DNA of 64,000 nucleotides. Origin: Parcubacteria group bacterium. Its GTDB lineage: Bacteria > Patescibacteriota > Microgenomatia > UBA1400 > PJMF01. Positions 37,745 through 46,971 of the stretch are shown here, piece after piece. Positions within the stretch are counted from its first letter, which is position 1. Each line of letters begins with the position of its first letter. The translations under genes and the position numbers were made by a program. Where the stretch lies: NCBI GenBank assembly GCA_943350175.1, contig CALQZX010000003.1, positions 12,409 to 76,408 of the forward strand, read 5' to 3'. Under the pieces are notes generated by a model. That model was not told where the DNA came from. It searched no databases and worked only from the letters and a program-made list of their open reading frames with translations.

Positions 37745-40723
37745 TTAAACTGCTAACTGGCGATACTTAACTGCAGCTAAAATTTCCTTAAGAAAGCTTT
37801 CGCTGCCAATCAAGAAATGTCCGAGAGTTGAATTATTTATAGTTGAATCACATTCAATATTTAAAAAATTCATAAGTTTTTTTTCTTTACCATCAAAAAA
37901 CCCCAAATTAATTACGTCAATAAAAAATTCCTGGAACATTTTTGTCATTTCCTTATCGTAATAAAAAGCCCACCTGTATAAAACTTTATCAAAAAAAGCT
38001 AAGAGATCTTTTAGTTTTCGACTCATGGAGAACGTGTCTTTTTTCATCTTTAGATCTGCCACTTCAGAAGCAGCTTTTCTTATTTCATCTTGAATTTTTA
38101 TTATCAGATCCATGGTTGAGACATCACTCACTCGCGCAAACAACTTTCTCCACTCTAAAAATTTTTCCTCACCAACACTAGTTGTGGCATTCACAAAACT
38201 TTCTATTTCATGAATTAAAAGGAAAGCGTAAAATTCAAAATAGTCTGATCTGTAAAGCACTTCAGCTAAATTCTCTAGGCTTATAATTTTTAAATTAGAG
38301 ACAACCAGCACGCTGTGAACTTGTCTAGTTAAATCCAAAATGATTGGTTTAATTCTTTTATAATCAATCTCTATATTCGCATTTTCTTCAATAAAATATT
38401 TCAATTTTCTTAGATTTTTGATAAAAACTTTCACTTTTTCGTTATATATAGCCTCAAGTTCCGCTACTTTATCTGGATGTTTTATTGCCAGAATTTCTTT
38501 TGCGCCTGTCTCCAATCCTTCCATTAATTGCTCTAGAATAAGCTCAGGTTCGTCATCATAATCTTTTTTCATAAAATTTTCCAAATCTTTAAAATTTCCA
38601 AAATTAACCACCTTTTGTTGACTGATATCCAGCACAGCTCCGACGCTCTTCATGGATAGCCAGCCAGTCCCTTTGGCTAAATCATAGGTATCGTTAGTTA
38701 CTATAAGCATCTTGTGACCAGATTCAGGAAGTCTTTGCTCTACAAAGTTTCTCCATTCTTCTTTAGTTTTTTGATCCAAAGTGTTAGTTGGATCATCAGC
38801 ACAAATAATTTTTGAGTTTATATTCCCGTCAAAACAAGTACTAAGTGCCAAGTTGAATAAAGCTTGCTGTGATCCGGAAAGGATATAACTCAAACCAACA
38901 AACCAAGTCGCATCGATACCATTTTTGCCCTGCAAAATATTATATTTTTTACAATAAACTAGAAAAGCTTTTACAATCGGGCTTTGCTCTGCTGCAGCTA
39001 CAGACTCAATCTCTAGTAAATCTTGTATTTGATCTGCGGAAAAATCGCCCAAAATATTTTTCTCTGTTGCAACTTTGGCTAGTTTTTCTCTCACAGAAAA
39101 ATGTTGTTCGTTTTCTAGAGGAATCACATGAAAAATCTCTCTCAAAGTTTCTCTTGGAGCTTGACCAATTTGCTGTCCACCCAAAGTAATATTAGATAAC
39201 TCTGGTTTGCCATTTAATCGCCCAGATAAGATTTTTAACAAAGTTGATTTACCAGATTGGACTCCTCCCAAAACTAAAGCGCATTCCCCTGTCCTCAATA
39301 TTAACGGCGTTTCTAATTCAACGCTATCAACAGGTTTTTTTTCAGCATCAACATATCGAGGTGTCCCAATTTTTTTGATTATTAATTCACCTCTTCTATG
39401 CTCCGGGTCAACTTCCTTTTGATCAATATTTCGATCTTCACTCATCGGAGGACGGCGTTCTCTGTCTTGCAACACACTCTGCAAAGCAGTAAGCATTTCC
39501 AGATGTGCTTTATTTCCCTGACCCTGAGCATCTCGGCTGCTCATAACTGAATCAGAACGGTCTAAAACAGTACTGGCGACTACTGACCAAGTGTAAGCTT
39601 GAGACTGTAAAGATTCTTTACTCACAATATTGCTTAGCAAGGCTGTGATCGAAGGCAACAGGGCAGAAATAGAACCTTGAAAGGTATTTTTCATGGTTGC
39701 CTGATTTCTTCGGTGATGTTCTTGTTCACCAGCATCTACATGCGAAGAAATGACTGGAAATCCGTTGATCATATTTTTTGCTCTAGCCTTTTCTAGAGCT
39801 GCCCGCCTATCTAGTTGAGTTTTAATGAATCGATCGATCATATCTTTCAACAAAATTGGATATTTCTTACTAAGCGCATAATCAATACCCATCGCTACCA
39901 AGCCATAGTAAATAGCTTTATCCAAATTTCCAAATAAAATATTCCCCAGCACTAATCCTGTAGTCAACCCTTTGATATTGGCTGAAAAACGCTCGTCAGT
40001 CTGCATTTGCTTGAATCTTTCCAGAATCTGTGCGGTTAGGTTTTGCCAATTAGTACCTTTGTACTCATTTGGCACATCTAAATGATTAAAAAGATCCGCA
40101 GCAGCTTTGCCAGCACTTTCTTTGAAAGTTTCAATATTCCAAAAAGTTTCAGAGGCTTTCCATCTCACACCTTGACCAATCAGAGATATTCCTATTTGTG
40201 AGGCTACAGTTAAAAAAGCAGAGTTATCAATTCCAGCTAATCTTAATAATTGCTCTCCGTTTTGAACAATGGCTACACTAATGCCAGTCGTAACCCCAGC
40301 AATAACCATTCTGGGTTCATCTTCGTGAGTTGAAGCTAAAACATCACTAAGAGCTTCTTTCCAAGCTTTTTTTTGACCAGGTTCAATAGCTTCAAATAAA
40401 TCAAGAATTTCTTCTGGAAAAAGCAAATTTAGTTGGTAGTTTAACCATTTTTCTTTGGAGGTACTGCCCGTAGCTTTCACCCAGGGATGCTTAGCTTCTA
40501 AAATTTGACCAAGCGCTCCTCTTCTGGACAGCTTGAAATCAGCCTCACGTTTAAATTGACCAATCTCGATAGCAGCTTGAGCTATCAAATCAGCTGTTCT
40601 AATAATTGCCTGAGAAAAATTTTCCGGAGTTAATGGATTTTCTTTTTTTGCAGCCAAAAAATAAGGGTCAATGCCCTCAGTTCTGCAATATTGAGCAGTT
40701 TCTGGATCTAAATCATGATACAT
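37745..40723 (-). CDS. large membrane protein with central ABC-type ATPase domain (H-loop His replaced by Asn) and helical C-terminal domain
   Basis: Gly-zipper TM helices in the N-terminal third; Walker A LGGVQSGKSTLLKILSGRL, signature LSGSQQ, Walker B IICADDPTNTLD, D-loop, then MLIVTNDTYD where a switch His is expected. Confidence 0.6.
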   Translation of the reverse strand: MYHDLDPETAQYCRTEGIDPYFLAAKKENPLTPENFSQAIIRTADLIAQAAIEIGQFKREADFKLSRRGALGQILEAKHPWVKATGSTSKEKWLNYQLNLLFPEEILDLFEAIEPGQKKAWKEALSDVLASTHEDEPRMVIAGVTTGISVAIVQNGEQLLRLAGIDNSAFLTVASQIGISLIGQGVRWKASETFWNIETFKESAGKAAADLFNHLDVPNEYKGTNWQNLTAQILERFKQMQTDERFSANIKGLTTGLVLGNILFGNLDKAIYYGLVAMGIDYALSKKYPILLKDMIDRFIKTQLDRRAALEKARAKNMINGFPVISSHVDAGEQEHHRRNQATMKNTFQGSISALLPSITALLSNIVSKESLQSQAYTWSVVASTVLDRSDSVMSSRDAQGQGNKAHLEMLTALQSVLQDRERRPPMSEDRNIDQKEVDPEHRRGELIIKKIGTPRYVDAEKKPVDSVELETPLILRTGECALVLGGVQSGKSTLLKILSGRLNGKPELSNITLGGQQIGQAPRETLREIFHVIPLENEQHFSVREKLAKVATEKNILGDFSADQIQDLLEIESVAAAEQSPIVKAFLVYCKKYNILQGKNGIDATWFVGLSYILSGSQQALFNLALSTCFDGNINSKIICADDPTNTLDQKTKEEWRNFVEQRLPESGHKMLIVTNDTYDLAKGTGWLSMKSVGAVLDISQQKVVNFGNFKDLENFMKKDYDDEPELILEQLMEGLETGAKEILAIKHPDKVAELEAIYNEKVKVFIKNLRKLKYFIEENANIEIDYKRIKPIILDLTRQVHSVLVVSNLKIISLENLAEVLYRSDYFEFYAFLLIHEIESFVNATTSVGEEKFLEWRKLFARVSDVSTMDLIIKIQDEIRKAASEVADLKMKKDTFSMSRKLKDLLAFFDKVLYRWAFYYDKEMTKMFQEFFIDVINLGFFDGKEKKLMNFLNIECDSTINNSTLGHFLIGSESFLKEILAAVKYRQLAV

Positions 40724-40745
40724 CTAGCACTATATTATACTCTGC

Positions 40746-41357
40746 TTAAATCTGCCTTCTTCCCTCAAGTGCCCTGGCTAAAGTCACCCCGTCAGCGTAC
40801 TCAATATCAGCGCCGATTGGCAAACCATGACCGATACGAGTAATAGCCATTTGATCCTTATTTGAGAGATTGGAATTGGCAATCATCTGCTTGATGTAAA
40901 GTGCGGTTGCCTCTCCCTCCATGGTGGGGTTGGTTGCCAGAATCAGCTCCGTTACTCCATCGAGTCTTTTTAAAAGATCGCGCAAATATAATTGGTCAGG
41001 ACCAATATTATTCAGAGGTGCAATTGATCCATGTAAGACGTGATAAAGACCATGATATTTATCGGATTTTTCTAGTGCCAATAGATCTAGAGGCTGCTCC
41101 ACCACGCATAAAAATGATTGATCGCGATCCTGGTCAGCGCAAATTGAGCAAGGATTATTCTCCGCTATGTTATGGCAATGCTCACACATGACCGTATCTC
41201 TTTTGAGAGCCAGAAGTTTGTTAGAGAAATCCTCCAATTCAGAAACTGGATTGTGAAGTAAATAAAAAACTAAACGTTGTGCAGACCTTGGTCCAATCCC
41301 AGGCAAACGTTCAAATTTTTCGACTAGCTGACGGACAGCTTTAGGCAATCTTTGCAT
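40746..41357 (-). CDS. recR: recombination protein RecR
   Basis: HhH LPGIGPRSAQRLVFYLL, C4 zinc finger CEHCHNIAENNPCSIC, Toprim domain. Confidence 0.9.
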   Translation of the reverse strand: MQRLPKAVRQLVEKFERLPGIGPRSAQRLVFYLLHNPVSELEDFSNKLLALKRDTVMCEHCHNIAENNPCSICADQDRDQSFLCVVEQPLDLLALEKSDKYHGLYHVLHGSIAPLNNIGPDQLYLRDLLKRLDGVTELILATNPTMEGEATALYIKQMIANSNLSNKDQMAITRIGHGLPIGADIEYADGVTLARALEGRRQI

Positions 41358-41365
41358 ATTAGTTT

Positions 41366-42073
41366 CTACTCTTCTCTGTAATCAACGGAGATGTCTTCTA
41401 GCTGGTTTTCCCAGTCTTTAGTTTTATTTTTTTCTAAAAATGTTTTTGTTGCAGCCCAAATTTGCTGTTCAACAATTTCCTCATCTTTGCTAGCGTCAAT
41501 GATTTTCCAACGAGAATGAGAGCTATATTTTTTCAAATCTGCTTTTGCAACTTGCAAATAAGCTTGACGAATTTTTTCATGAAAATTTTTGTTCTCGTTA
41601 TCTATGCGGTCAATACCACCTTCTTTCATGCGACGACCCAAACCAATTTCAACTGATGTGTCAAGCAATAACGTAATATCTGGGTAAGTTTTTTTGGTTG
41701 AGATATCATTAAGCTGTTCAATAATTTCCACCCCAAAACCTCTAACAATGCCCTGATAAACCACACTACTATCACGAGAGCGATCCATCACCACTACTTT
41801 GCCAAGCTCGAGGGAAGGCAAAACAATCTCACGATAAATTTGTGCTCTGGCTGCCTGGAAAAGCAACACCTCAGTGGTATAAGCCATGCCAACATTTTTG
41901 TTGGATAAAACAACTTCACGAATTTGCTCGCTGATGGTTGTACCACCTGGCTCACGTAGAACTACCACGTCTTTACCAGCTTGAATCAAATGCTCCTTCA
42001 ATCTTAATACTTGAGTAGTTTTGCCAACTCCTTCACCACCTTCCAAAGTAATTAGCAAGCCATTTTTTTTCAT
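41366..42073 (-). CDS. tmk: thymidylate kinase (dTMP kinase)
   Basis: P-loop LITLEGGEGVGKTTQ, LREPGGT, DRSRDSS lid. Confidence 0.85.
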   Translation of the reverse strand: MKKNGLLITLEGGEGVGKTTQVLRLKEHLIQAGKDVVVLREPGGTTISEQIREVVLSNKNVGMAYTTEVLLFQAARAQIYREIVLPSLELGKVVVMDRSRDSSVVYQGIVRGFGVEIIEQLNDISTKKTYPDITLLLDTSVEIGLGRRMKEGGIDRIDNENKNFHEKIRQAYLQVAKADLKKYSSHSRWKIIDASKDEEIVEQQIWAATKTFLEKNKTKDWENQLEDISVDYREE

Positions 42074-42107
42074 TTTAAATCCTTTGCCAAACTTCTAAAT
42101 TTTTAAA

Positions 42108-43085
42108 TTAAACCCAAAAAATAGTCTGTCCCAGAGTAGCATTGCTTGATCTACTTTGTAAAGCTTTGTCTTTTGCTTCAGGATTAGGATTATTAATTAA
42201 TTTCGCTCCAGCAAGCAACATTTTTGTTTCAAAAAATGGATCGCTTAGAGTTCTTCCAGCGTTTATGGATGTTCTCACGCTGTCATCTTGGCCTTTTTTT
42301 TCTTTTCTCGGAGGAGTCAACTTCCAAAACATTTCATCCTTAATTTGTTGCTGGAAAAAAAGAATTTCTCGCTGCAATAGAACCATAGACAACTTACTAT
42401 CATGCCAACCAAGGATTTGCTCTTTAAAGTGTTCTGTGATCCAAGGTTGCAAAGTCATTTCTTGGCCAGTTGTTTTACGCAAGAAGTTGCGTAAAACCCG
42501 CAGTGCGGCGGTAACGTGATCGTATTTGAGCAACATATCGGCCTCAGTCATGCCTGGTTCTTTTTGGTAAAAACGACTTTCTCTATTATCATTTAGTTTT
42601 TTATTCATTAATTCGATATACATCGATGCTTGCAATTCAACATTTAAATGCCCAATCAGTAGCAAAAATTCTCCAAAAAGCAGCTGAAAGTTATGTTCTC
42701 CACGACCTTCACCAATATTAATAATTTGCTCTTTAATTGAATCGAAGTCAGCACGAGGCTTATCGCTGTTTGAAAAAATAGTTTTCTCTACCGAAAAACC
42801 AGGAGCCACTCTTGTCCTGACTGAACGCAGCATAACAAGTACATCCACAAATTCCATTAACAAATCTTTATGCGGAGCAGTTTCTCGGTGCATTGAATCA
42901 TTAGTTGCTTGCCATTTCTTATGTTCAACTGTTTGTTCATCTACCTCATCCACCGTGAGGCTTAAAAATTGTCTAAGAGACATTGATCTTTCATTAGCAG
43001 CAACTAAAACAGGATGAGAGCTGCTCCTATAGCCAACTGATTCAAATAAAACATGCAGTTGTTGCTGATTTTCTTCTCTACTCAT
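42108..43085 (-). CDS. hypothetical protein; possible all-alpha NTP pyrophosphohydrolase-like (MazG/dimeric-dUTPase-like) domain
   Basis: 325-aa ORF between tmk and dut; LTVDEVDEQTVEH...LLMEFVDVLVMLRSV loosely resembles the EExxE...ELGDVL motif pair of all-alpha NTPases; weak. Confidence 0.4.
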   Translation of the reverse strand: MSREENQQQLHVLFESVGYRSSSHPVLVAANERSMSLRQFLSLTVDEVDEQTVEHKKWQATNDSMHRETAPHKDLLMEFVDVLVMLRSVRTRVAPGFSVEKTIFSNSDKPRADFDSIKEQIINIGEGRGEHNFQLLFGEFLLLIGHLNVELQASMYIELMNKKLNDNRESRFYQKEPGMTEADMLLKYDHVTAALRVLRNFLRKTTGQEMTLQPWITEHFKEQILGWHDSKLSMVLLQREILFFQQQIKDEMFWKLTPPRKEKKGQDDSVRTSINAGRTLSDPFFETKMLLAGAKLINNPNPEAKDKALQSRSSNATLGQTIFWV

Positions 43086-43087
43086 TT

Positions 43088-43519
43088 CTACTTACTACCA
43101 GTGCTTCCGAAACCACCACGGTCACTGGAATCAAAAACTTCTAATTTTTCTAAATTGATTTTTTCTCTTTGCAGAACAATCATCTGCACTAAGCGTTCGC
43201 CTTTTTCGATTTTTATTGGTTGCTTGCTGAAATTATATAAAGCTGCTTTGTATTCATCTCCATCACCTCTGTAATCATAATCACCAATGCCAATGCCGTT
43301 GGCCATCATTAAGCCTTTTTTCTGCAAAGAACTGCGTGCTGACAAAAGGACGAAATAATTTTCTGGCACCTGCAGCGCTACATTGAGCGGCACATAAGCC
43401 ACTTCTCCAGGTTTTATAGTCATGTCTAGGCGGCTATAAAGATCAAGAGCGGCTGCGCCGCCGCTTTTATACTCTGGTAAAGGCAATGAGGAATCGAAAA
43501 GCTTGATTTTGACTTGCAT
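43088..43519 (-). CDS. dut: dUTP diphosphatase (trimeric dUTPase)
   Basis: AGIDL-like motif GAAALDLYS, motif 3 GIGIGDYDYRGD, motif 5 RGGFGSTG. Confidence 0.85.
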   Translation of the reverse strand: MQVKIKLFDSSLPLPEYKSGGAAALDLYSRLDMTIKPGEVAYVPLNVALQVPENYFVLLSARSSLQKKGLMMANGIGIGDYDYRGDGDEYKAALYNFSKQPIKIEKGERLVQMIVLQREKINLEKLEVFDSSDRGGFGSTGSK

Positions 43520-43541
43520 GTTTTGATGCTAACATAGCTTT

Positions 43542-44147
43542 ATGCAAATGGAAACTTTTATTTTAGGCAGCATGCAAACCAACTGTTATTTGTTAGTCAG
43601 CGACAGCTCTAATGGAGCTATTGTGATCGATCCAGCTGATGATGGCGACTTCATCAACGAAGAATTAATGCGTCGTGGTTTACAACTAGAGAGCATCGTC
43701 TTAACCCATGGCCACTTCGATCATTGTCTTGGTTTATTGAGTCTCAAAAGCGCTTGGAATGTACCAATTATGATGAATTTTGCTGATCAATTTTTGCTAG
43801 AAAGAGCACAAGAAAGTGCTTCTCATTGGCTGGGCATTGAAAGCGATCCTGTGCCTCCGGCAGATTTTGATTTGGCTAAACTAGAATCAATCGAATTGGT
43901 TGACGAAAAATTTCAGATTATTCAAACTCCTGGACATACTCCTGGCAGTATTTGCTTGCTACATAAAAAAGATAAAATTTTGTTTAGTGGAGACACTATT
44001 TTTGCAGATAATAATATTGGTCGCACTGACTTTGCCTACTGCGATCGGCAAAAAATGAAAGAAAGCTTGGCCAAACTTAAAGAATTAGAAAAGCAAGGTC
44101 TTTACGGAGAAGTTTTTGCTGGACACGGAGAAAGTTTTTTTAAATAA
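43542..44147 (+). CDS. MBL-fold metallo-hydrolase (glyoxalase II-like)
   Basis: THGHFDHCLG and QTPGHTPGS motifs. Confidence 0.7.
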   Translation: MQMETFILGSMQTNCYLLVSDSSNGAIVIDPADDGDFINEELMRRGLQLESIVLTHGHFDHCLGLLSLKSAWNVPIMMNFADQFLLERAQESASHWLGIESDPVPPADFDLAKLESIELVDEKFQIIQTPGHTPGSICLLHKKDKILFSGDTIFADNNIGRTDFAYCDRQKMKESLAKLKELEKQGLYGEVFAGHGESFFK

Positions 44148-44150
44148 GCT

Positions 44151-44678
44151 TTAGATTTTGGCGTATTCGAGCACCAAAGTTCCGTTTTCATTTAATTTTT
44201 CTTGACTAATCAGCTCAAATTTTTGTTCGTTTTTGCCACTGAATAATTTAATGCCCTCACCAAAAACAAAAGGTTCTATGGTTAAAAACATCCTGTCGAC
44301 TAAACCTTTTTGCATGAATAAACTATAAATATGCGAGCCGCCACAAAGAGCAACTTTCTCACAACCTTGATTAGATAAATCAGCCAGAATTTCTTCAGCT
44401 GTTGCTTTGGTAAAAGATAAACTGGGATCTTCGTAGCTAGCGTAGCGCTCTGGCTGGCTAGTCATTACAAACATCTTGCGCTCTGGCAAAGCCTTGCCAA
44501 TTGTTTCAAAGGTTTTGGAGCCCATGATTAGAGTGCCAGCTTCTTTACTTTTTTTAACAAAAAAATGTAAGTCTTCTTTGCTAGTCCATGCAGTCGAAGA
44601 TAAAGTTTTTTTGTCTGCTGGAGCAATAAAACCATCAATGCTAATCGCGGCAATTAAAATAACTTCTGGTTTATTCAT
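44151..44678 (-). CDS. dihydrofolate reductase-family protein (RibD C-terminal domain type)
   Basis: VILIAAISIDGFIA...GTLIMGSKTFETIG resembles RibD_C/DHFR-like reductases; lies in a thymidylate/folate gene neighbourhood. Confidence 0.55.
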   Translation of the reverse strand: MNKPEVILIAAISIDGFIAPADKKTLSSTAWTSKEDLHFFVKKSKEAGTLIMGSKTFETIGKALPERKMFVMTSQPERYASYEDPSLSFTKATAEEILADLSNQGCEKVALCGGSHIYSLFMQKGLVDRMFLTIEPFVFGEGIKLFSGKNEQKFELISQEKLNENGTLVLEYAKI

Positions 44679-44682
44679 GATA

Positions 44683-44847
44683 TTGGTCTCTTAACAAATA
44701 AAATAATGAGTTAGTTAATATTAGATTTTAGCATATTTTAGTCTTTTCTGATAACGATAGTAGCGGGTCTACTTGAGGAAGAAGAAAAGACTAAAATGTC
44801 TAAAAGATGAATTAAAAAAACCGTTATTTTATTTGTTAAGAGACCAA
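44683..44847. repeat. 165-nt nested perfect inverted repeat (24-bp outer arms, 14-bp inner arms)
   Basis: Outer arms TTGGTCTCTTAACAAATAAAATAA (44683-44706) and TTATTTTATTTGTTAAGAGACCAA (44824-44847) are exact reverse complements; inner arms TTTTAGTCTTTTCT (44736-44749) and AGAAAAGACTAAAA (44783-44796). Spans the CofE-like stop codon to 5 nt before the DHFR-like start. Confidence 0.6.
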
Positions 44848-45653
44848 CTGCCTCCTTTTTTCCAAGCTGCTTTTGTCAACAATGGCTCATAGGCATCATC
44901 TTTCATTGCAATCTTACTGGTTTCTAATTCTTTAATGGTTGGCTCGTGATCAACAAATTGAACTTTGTCTAAATCACTTAGCAATGCAAAGGGGGTAATC
45001 TCGCCCACCTCACCCATCATAAAAGTTGCCGATACTCCCAAAGCCTCAGATACATTGACTTGGACCATCTTGATTTCGCGCCCAAAAATATCTTCTTCAC
45101 CAATGTGATTATTAAGTCCTTTGAAACCGCAGTAAACAATTGTGGTGCCAACCACTCCCCAACGAAGAGGAAATGAACGACTATCAGTGGTAATCACCCC
45201 AAAATTTTTAAGGCCATATTTTTGACGAACGTAGCGCCAAACTTCATTCAAAGTTTCTTGCATTTTTTCTGGCCAAAGAATAAAGCACTCTTCTCCATTT
45301 AAGTTGGCATTGGATTCATCAATACCAGCATTCATGGCAAGTGTCGAATCCTTGATTGTTAGCATCAGATCATACTTGGAAGAATGAGGGTCTATATAGA
45401 GCTCAGCTTCTTTCTGCACTAAAGCATGTTTCTCATCTCGCGCTTCTTCTCTGCTAAACCCCTTATCTTCGCTTTTTTGTTTTGCCACTAAACGACCCTG
45501 ACAATAGCTAATAATTTTTGAGCTAATAGCCAGGACACAGCCGTCAGAAAGTTGACCTTTTAGCTGAGAATCATTGGAAATGGCTTCGTCAATAATCGCA
45601 AAAAGATCATCTAGAGGTTTAACAATACGAGATTTGAGTGAGCGAACTTGCAT
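44829..45653 (-). CDS. CofE-like gamma-glutamyl ligase family protein (F420-0:gamma-glutamyl ligase fold; putative folate-related)
   Basis: LAISSKIISYCQGRLV and MNAGIDESNAN match the CofE signature blocks (VVxSKVVSKAEGR and AGIDxSN). Confidence 0.5.
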   Translation of the reverse strand: MQVRSLKSRIVKPLDDLFAIIDEAISNDSQLKGQLSDGCVLAISSKIISYCQGRLVAKQKSEDKGFSREEARDEKHALVQKEAELYIDPHSSKYDLMLTIKDSTLAMNAGIDESNANLNGEECFILWPEKMQETLNEVWRYVRQKYGLKNFGVITTDSRSFPLRWGVVGTTIVYCGFKGLNNHIGEEDIFGREIKMVQVNVSEALGVSATFMMGEVGEITPFALLSDLDKVQFVDHEPTIKELETSKIAMKDDAYEPLLTKAAWKKGGSWSLNK

Positions 45654-45655
45654 AA

Positions 45656-46237
45656 TTAGTTAAGATGATCAGTTGAATTATAACTTAACAATTTATAACT
45701 ACCATCTTTGTGTAAATCAAAAATACTTAAACTGGTGTTACCTAATTTTTCCATTTTTAGCATTTCAGTATAGTTTTTGCCAAAAATATTAGCGATTATC
45801 GCCGCGCTAATACCACCATGGCAGATTAGTAAAACTATGTCTGAATCATGTTTTTGTTGAATGGAATTGAGAAAATTTCTGGCACGAGCAAAAAACTCTA
45901 CTTTTGACTCACCATGTTCTGGCTCAACATCAAGAACGCTGGTGACTTGCAGATCATGTTTGTTTTTTCCTTGAAATTCGCCAAGATCTCTTTCTCTTAA
46001 TTCCTCCGTTAAAAAAAACGGCGTGTTTTGGTGATAACAAGTAATTTCTTTAGCAGTATCCACCGCTCTAGCAAGATCGCTGGCATAAATGAAATCAAAA
46101 TGTTCATTTTTCAATCTTTTTCCCAAGGCTTTTGCCTGTTCAATACCTTCAGCTGAAAGTCTTCCTGGCATGTGTCCTTGCAAAATCCCTGCCTTATTTT
46201 CCTGCGTTTCTCCATGACGAGTGATGAAAAGTTTCAT
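45656..46237 (-). CDS. histidine phosphatase family protein (phosphoglycerate mutase-like)
   Basis: MKLFITRHGETQENKAGILQG with catalytic RHG; start moved to Met 46237, since the upstream ORF-track extension is Cys/Tyr-rich junk. Confidence 0.7.
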   Translation of the reverse strand: MKLFITRHGETQENKAGILQGHMPGRLSAEGIEQAKALGKRLKNEHFDFIYASDLARAVDTAKEITCYHQNTPFFLTEELRERDLGEFQGKNKHDLQVTSVLDVEPEHGESKVEFFARARNFLNSIQQKHDSDIVLLICHGGISAAIIANIFGKNYTEMLKMEKLGNTSLSIFDLHKDGSYKLLSYNSTDHLN

Positions 46238-46303
46238 GTGGACAATTATACACATGAAGTAAAATCTGAACCGTGTGCATTTACATTTGGAATAACAGTA
46301 GTA

Positions 46304-46331
46304 TTGACAAAGTACATACATTTGTTATATT
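46304..46331 (+). promoter_or_regulatory. promoter for brnT (TTGACA, 16-nt spacer, TATATT) directly abutting the start codon
   Basis: TTGACA 46304-46309, TATATT 46326-46331, ATG 46332. Confidence 0.35.
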
Positions 46332-46619
46332 ATGAATATTGACTTTGAAATAGAATTTAGTGAAGAGAAGAATCAATTACTCAAAAAAACCAGAGGAATT
46401 TGTTTTGATGATGTGGTAGAAATAATCGAAAATAACGACATAATTGACGACATTAGCAACAAAAGTAAAAACCATAAAACACAAAGTTTATTGATCATCA
46501 AAATAAAAAATTACGTATACGCGATACCATACGTCAAAGATTTAATAAATAAAAAAATGTTTCTTAAAACAATTTATCCGAGCAGACTTTGGAAGAAAAA
46601 ATATGCAAAAAAAATTTAA
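46332..46619 (+). CDS. brnT: BrnT-family (DUF497) toxin
   Basis: IDFEIEFSEEKNQLLKKTRGICFDDVVEII parallels the BrnT N-terminus FEWDENKNRLNIQKHGISFEEA; C-terminal YAIPYV...LKTIYPSR parallels VVVYTER...IRIISAR. Confidence 0.6.
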   Translation: MNIDFEIEFSEEKNQLLKKTRGICFDDVVEIIENNDIIDDISNKSKNHKTQSLLIIKIKNYVYAIPYVKDLINKKMFLKTIYPSRLWKKKYAKKI

Positions 46620-46908
46620 CCCCTTCAAAAATTTAGTCCTAGACGAAGAAGAGCAAGAAATCGAAGATGCTTTAGAGCGTGGCGAGTATGTTTCCGTACC
46701 TAATCTGGAAGAGAGTAAAAAAATGTGGAAGCAGGCCGCCATTAACACCCTCAAAAAACGCAAGGCCAAAAGCATTACTTTGCGCATTAACGAATTAGAC
46801 TTAGAAAAAGTTAAGGCCAAGGCAGCTAAAAAGAAAATCCCCTACCAGACTTTACTAGGCTTGTTAATCAGTCGCTATGCCGATGATGAACTGAGCATCA
46901 GCATCTAA
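46603..46908 (+). CDS. brnA: BrnA-family antitoxin (CopG/RHH-like)
   Basis: Overlaps brnT by 17 nt; C-terminal KKIPYQTLLGLLISRYA matches the BrnA consensus (YQTLINSLLREYV). Confidence 0.6.
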   Translation: MQKKFNPFKNLVLDEEEQEIEDALERGEYVSVPNLEESKKMWKQAAINTLKKRKAKSITLRINELDLEKVKAKAAKKKIPYQTLLGLLISRYADDELSISI

Positions 46909-46971
46909 GACCTCTTCTAAAACCAGACTTCGCTTGAAATATCTCTCCTGCTTTGCTACTTTAGACCTATC

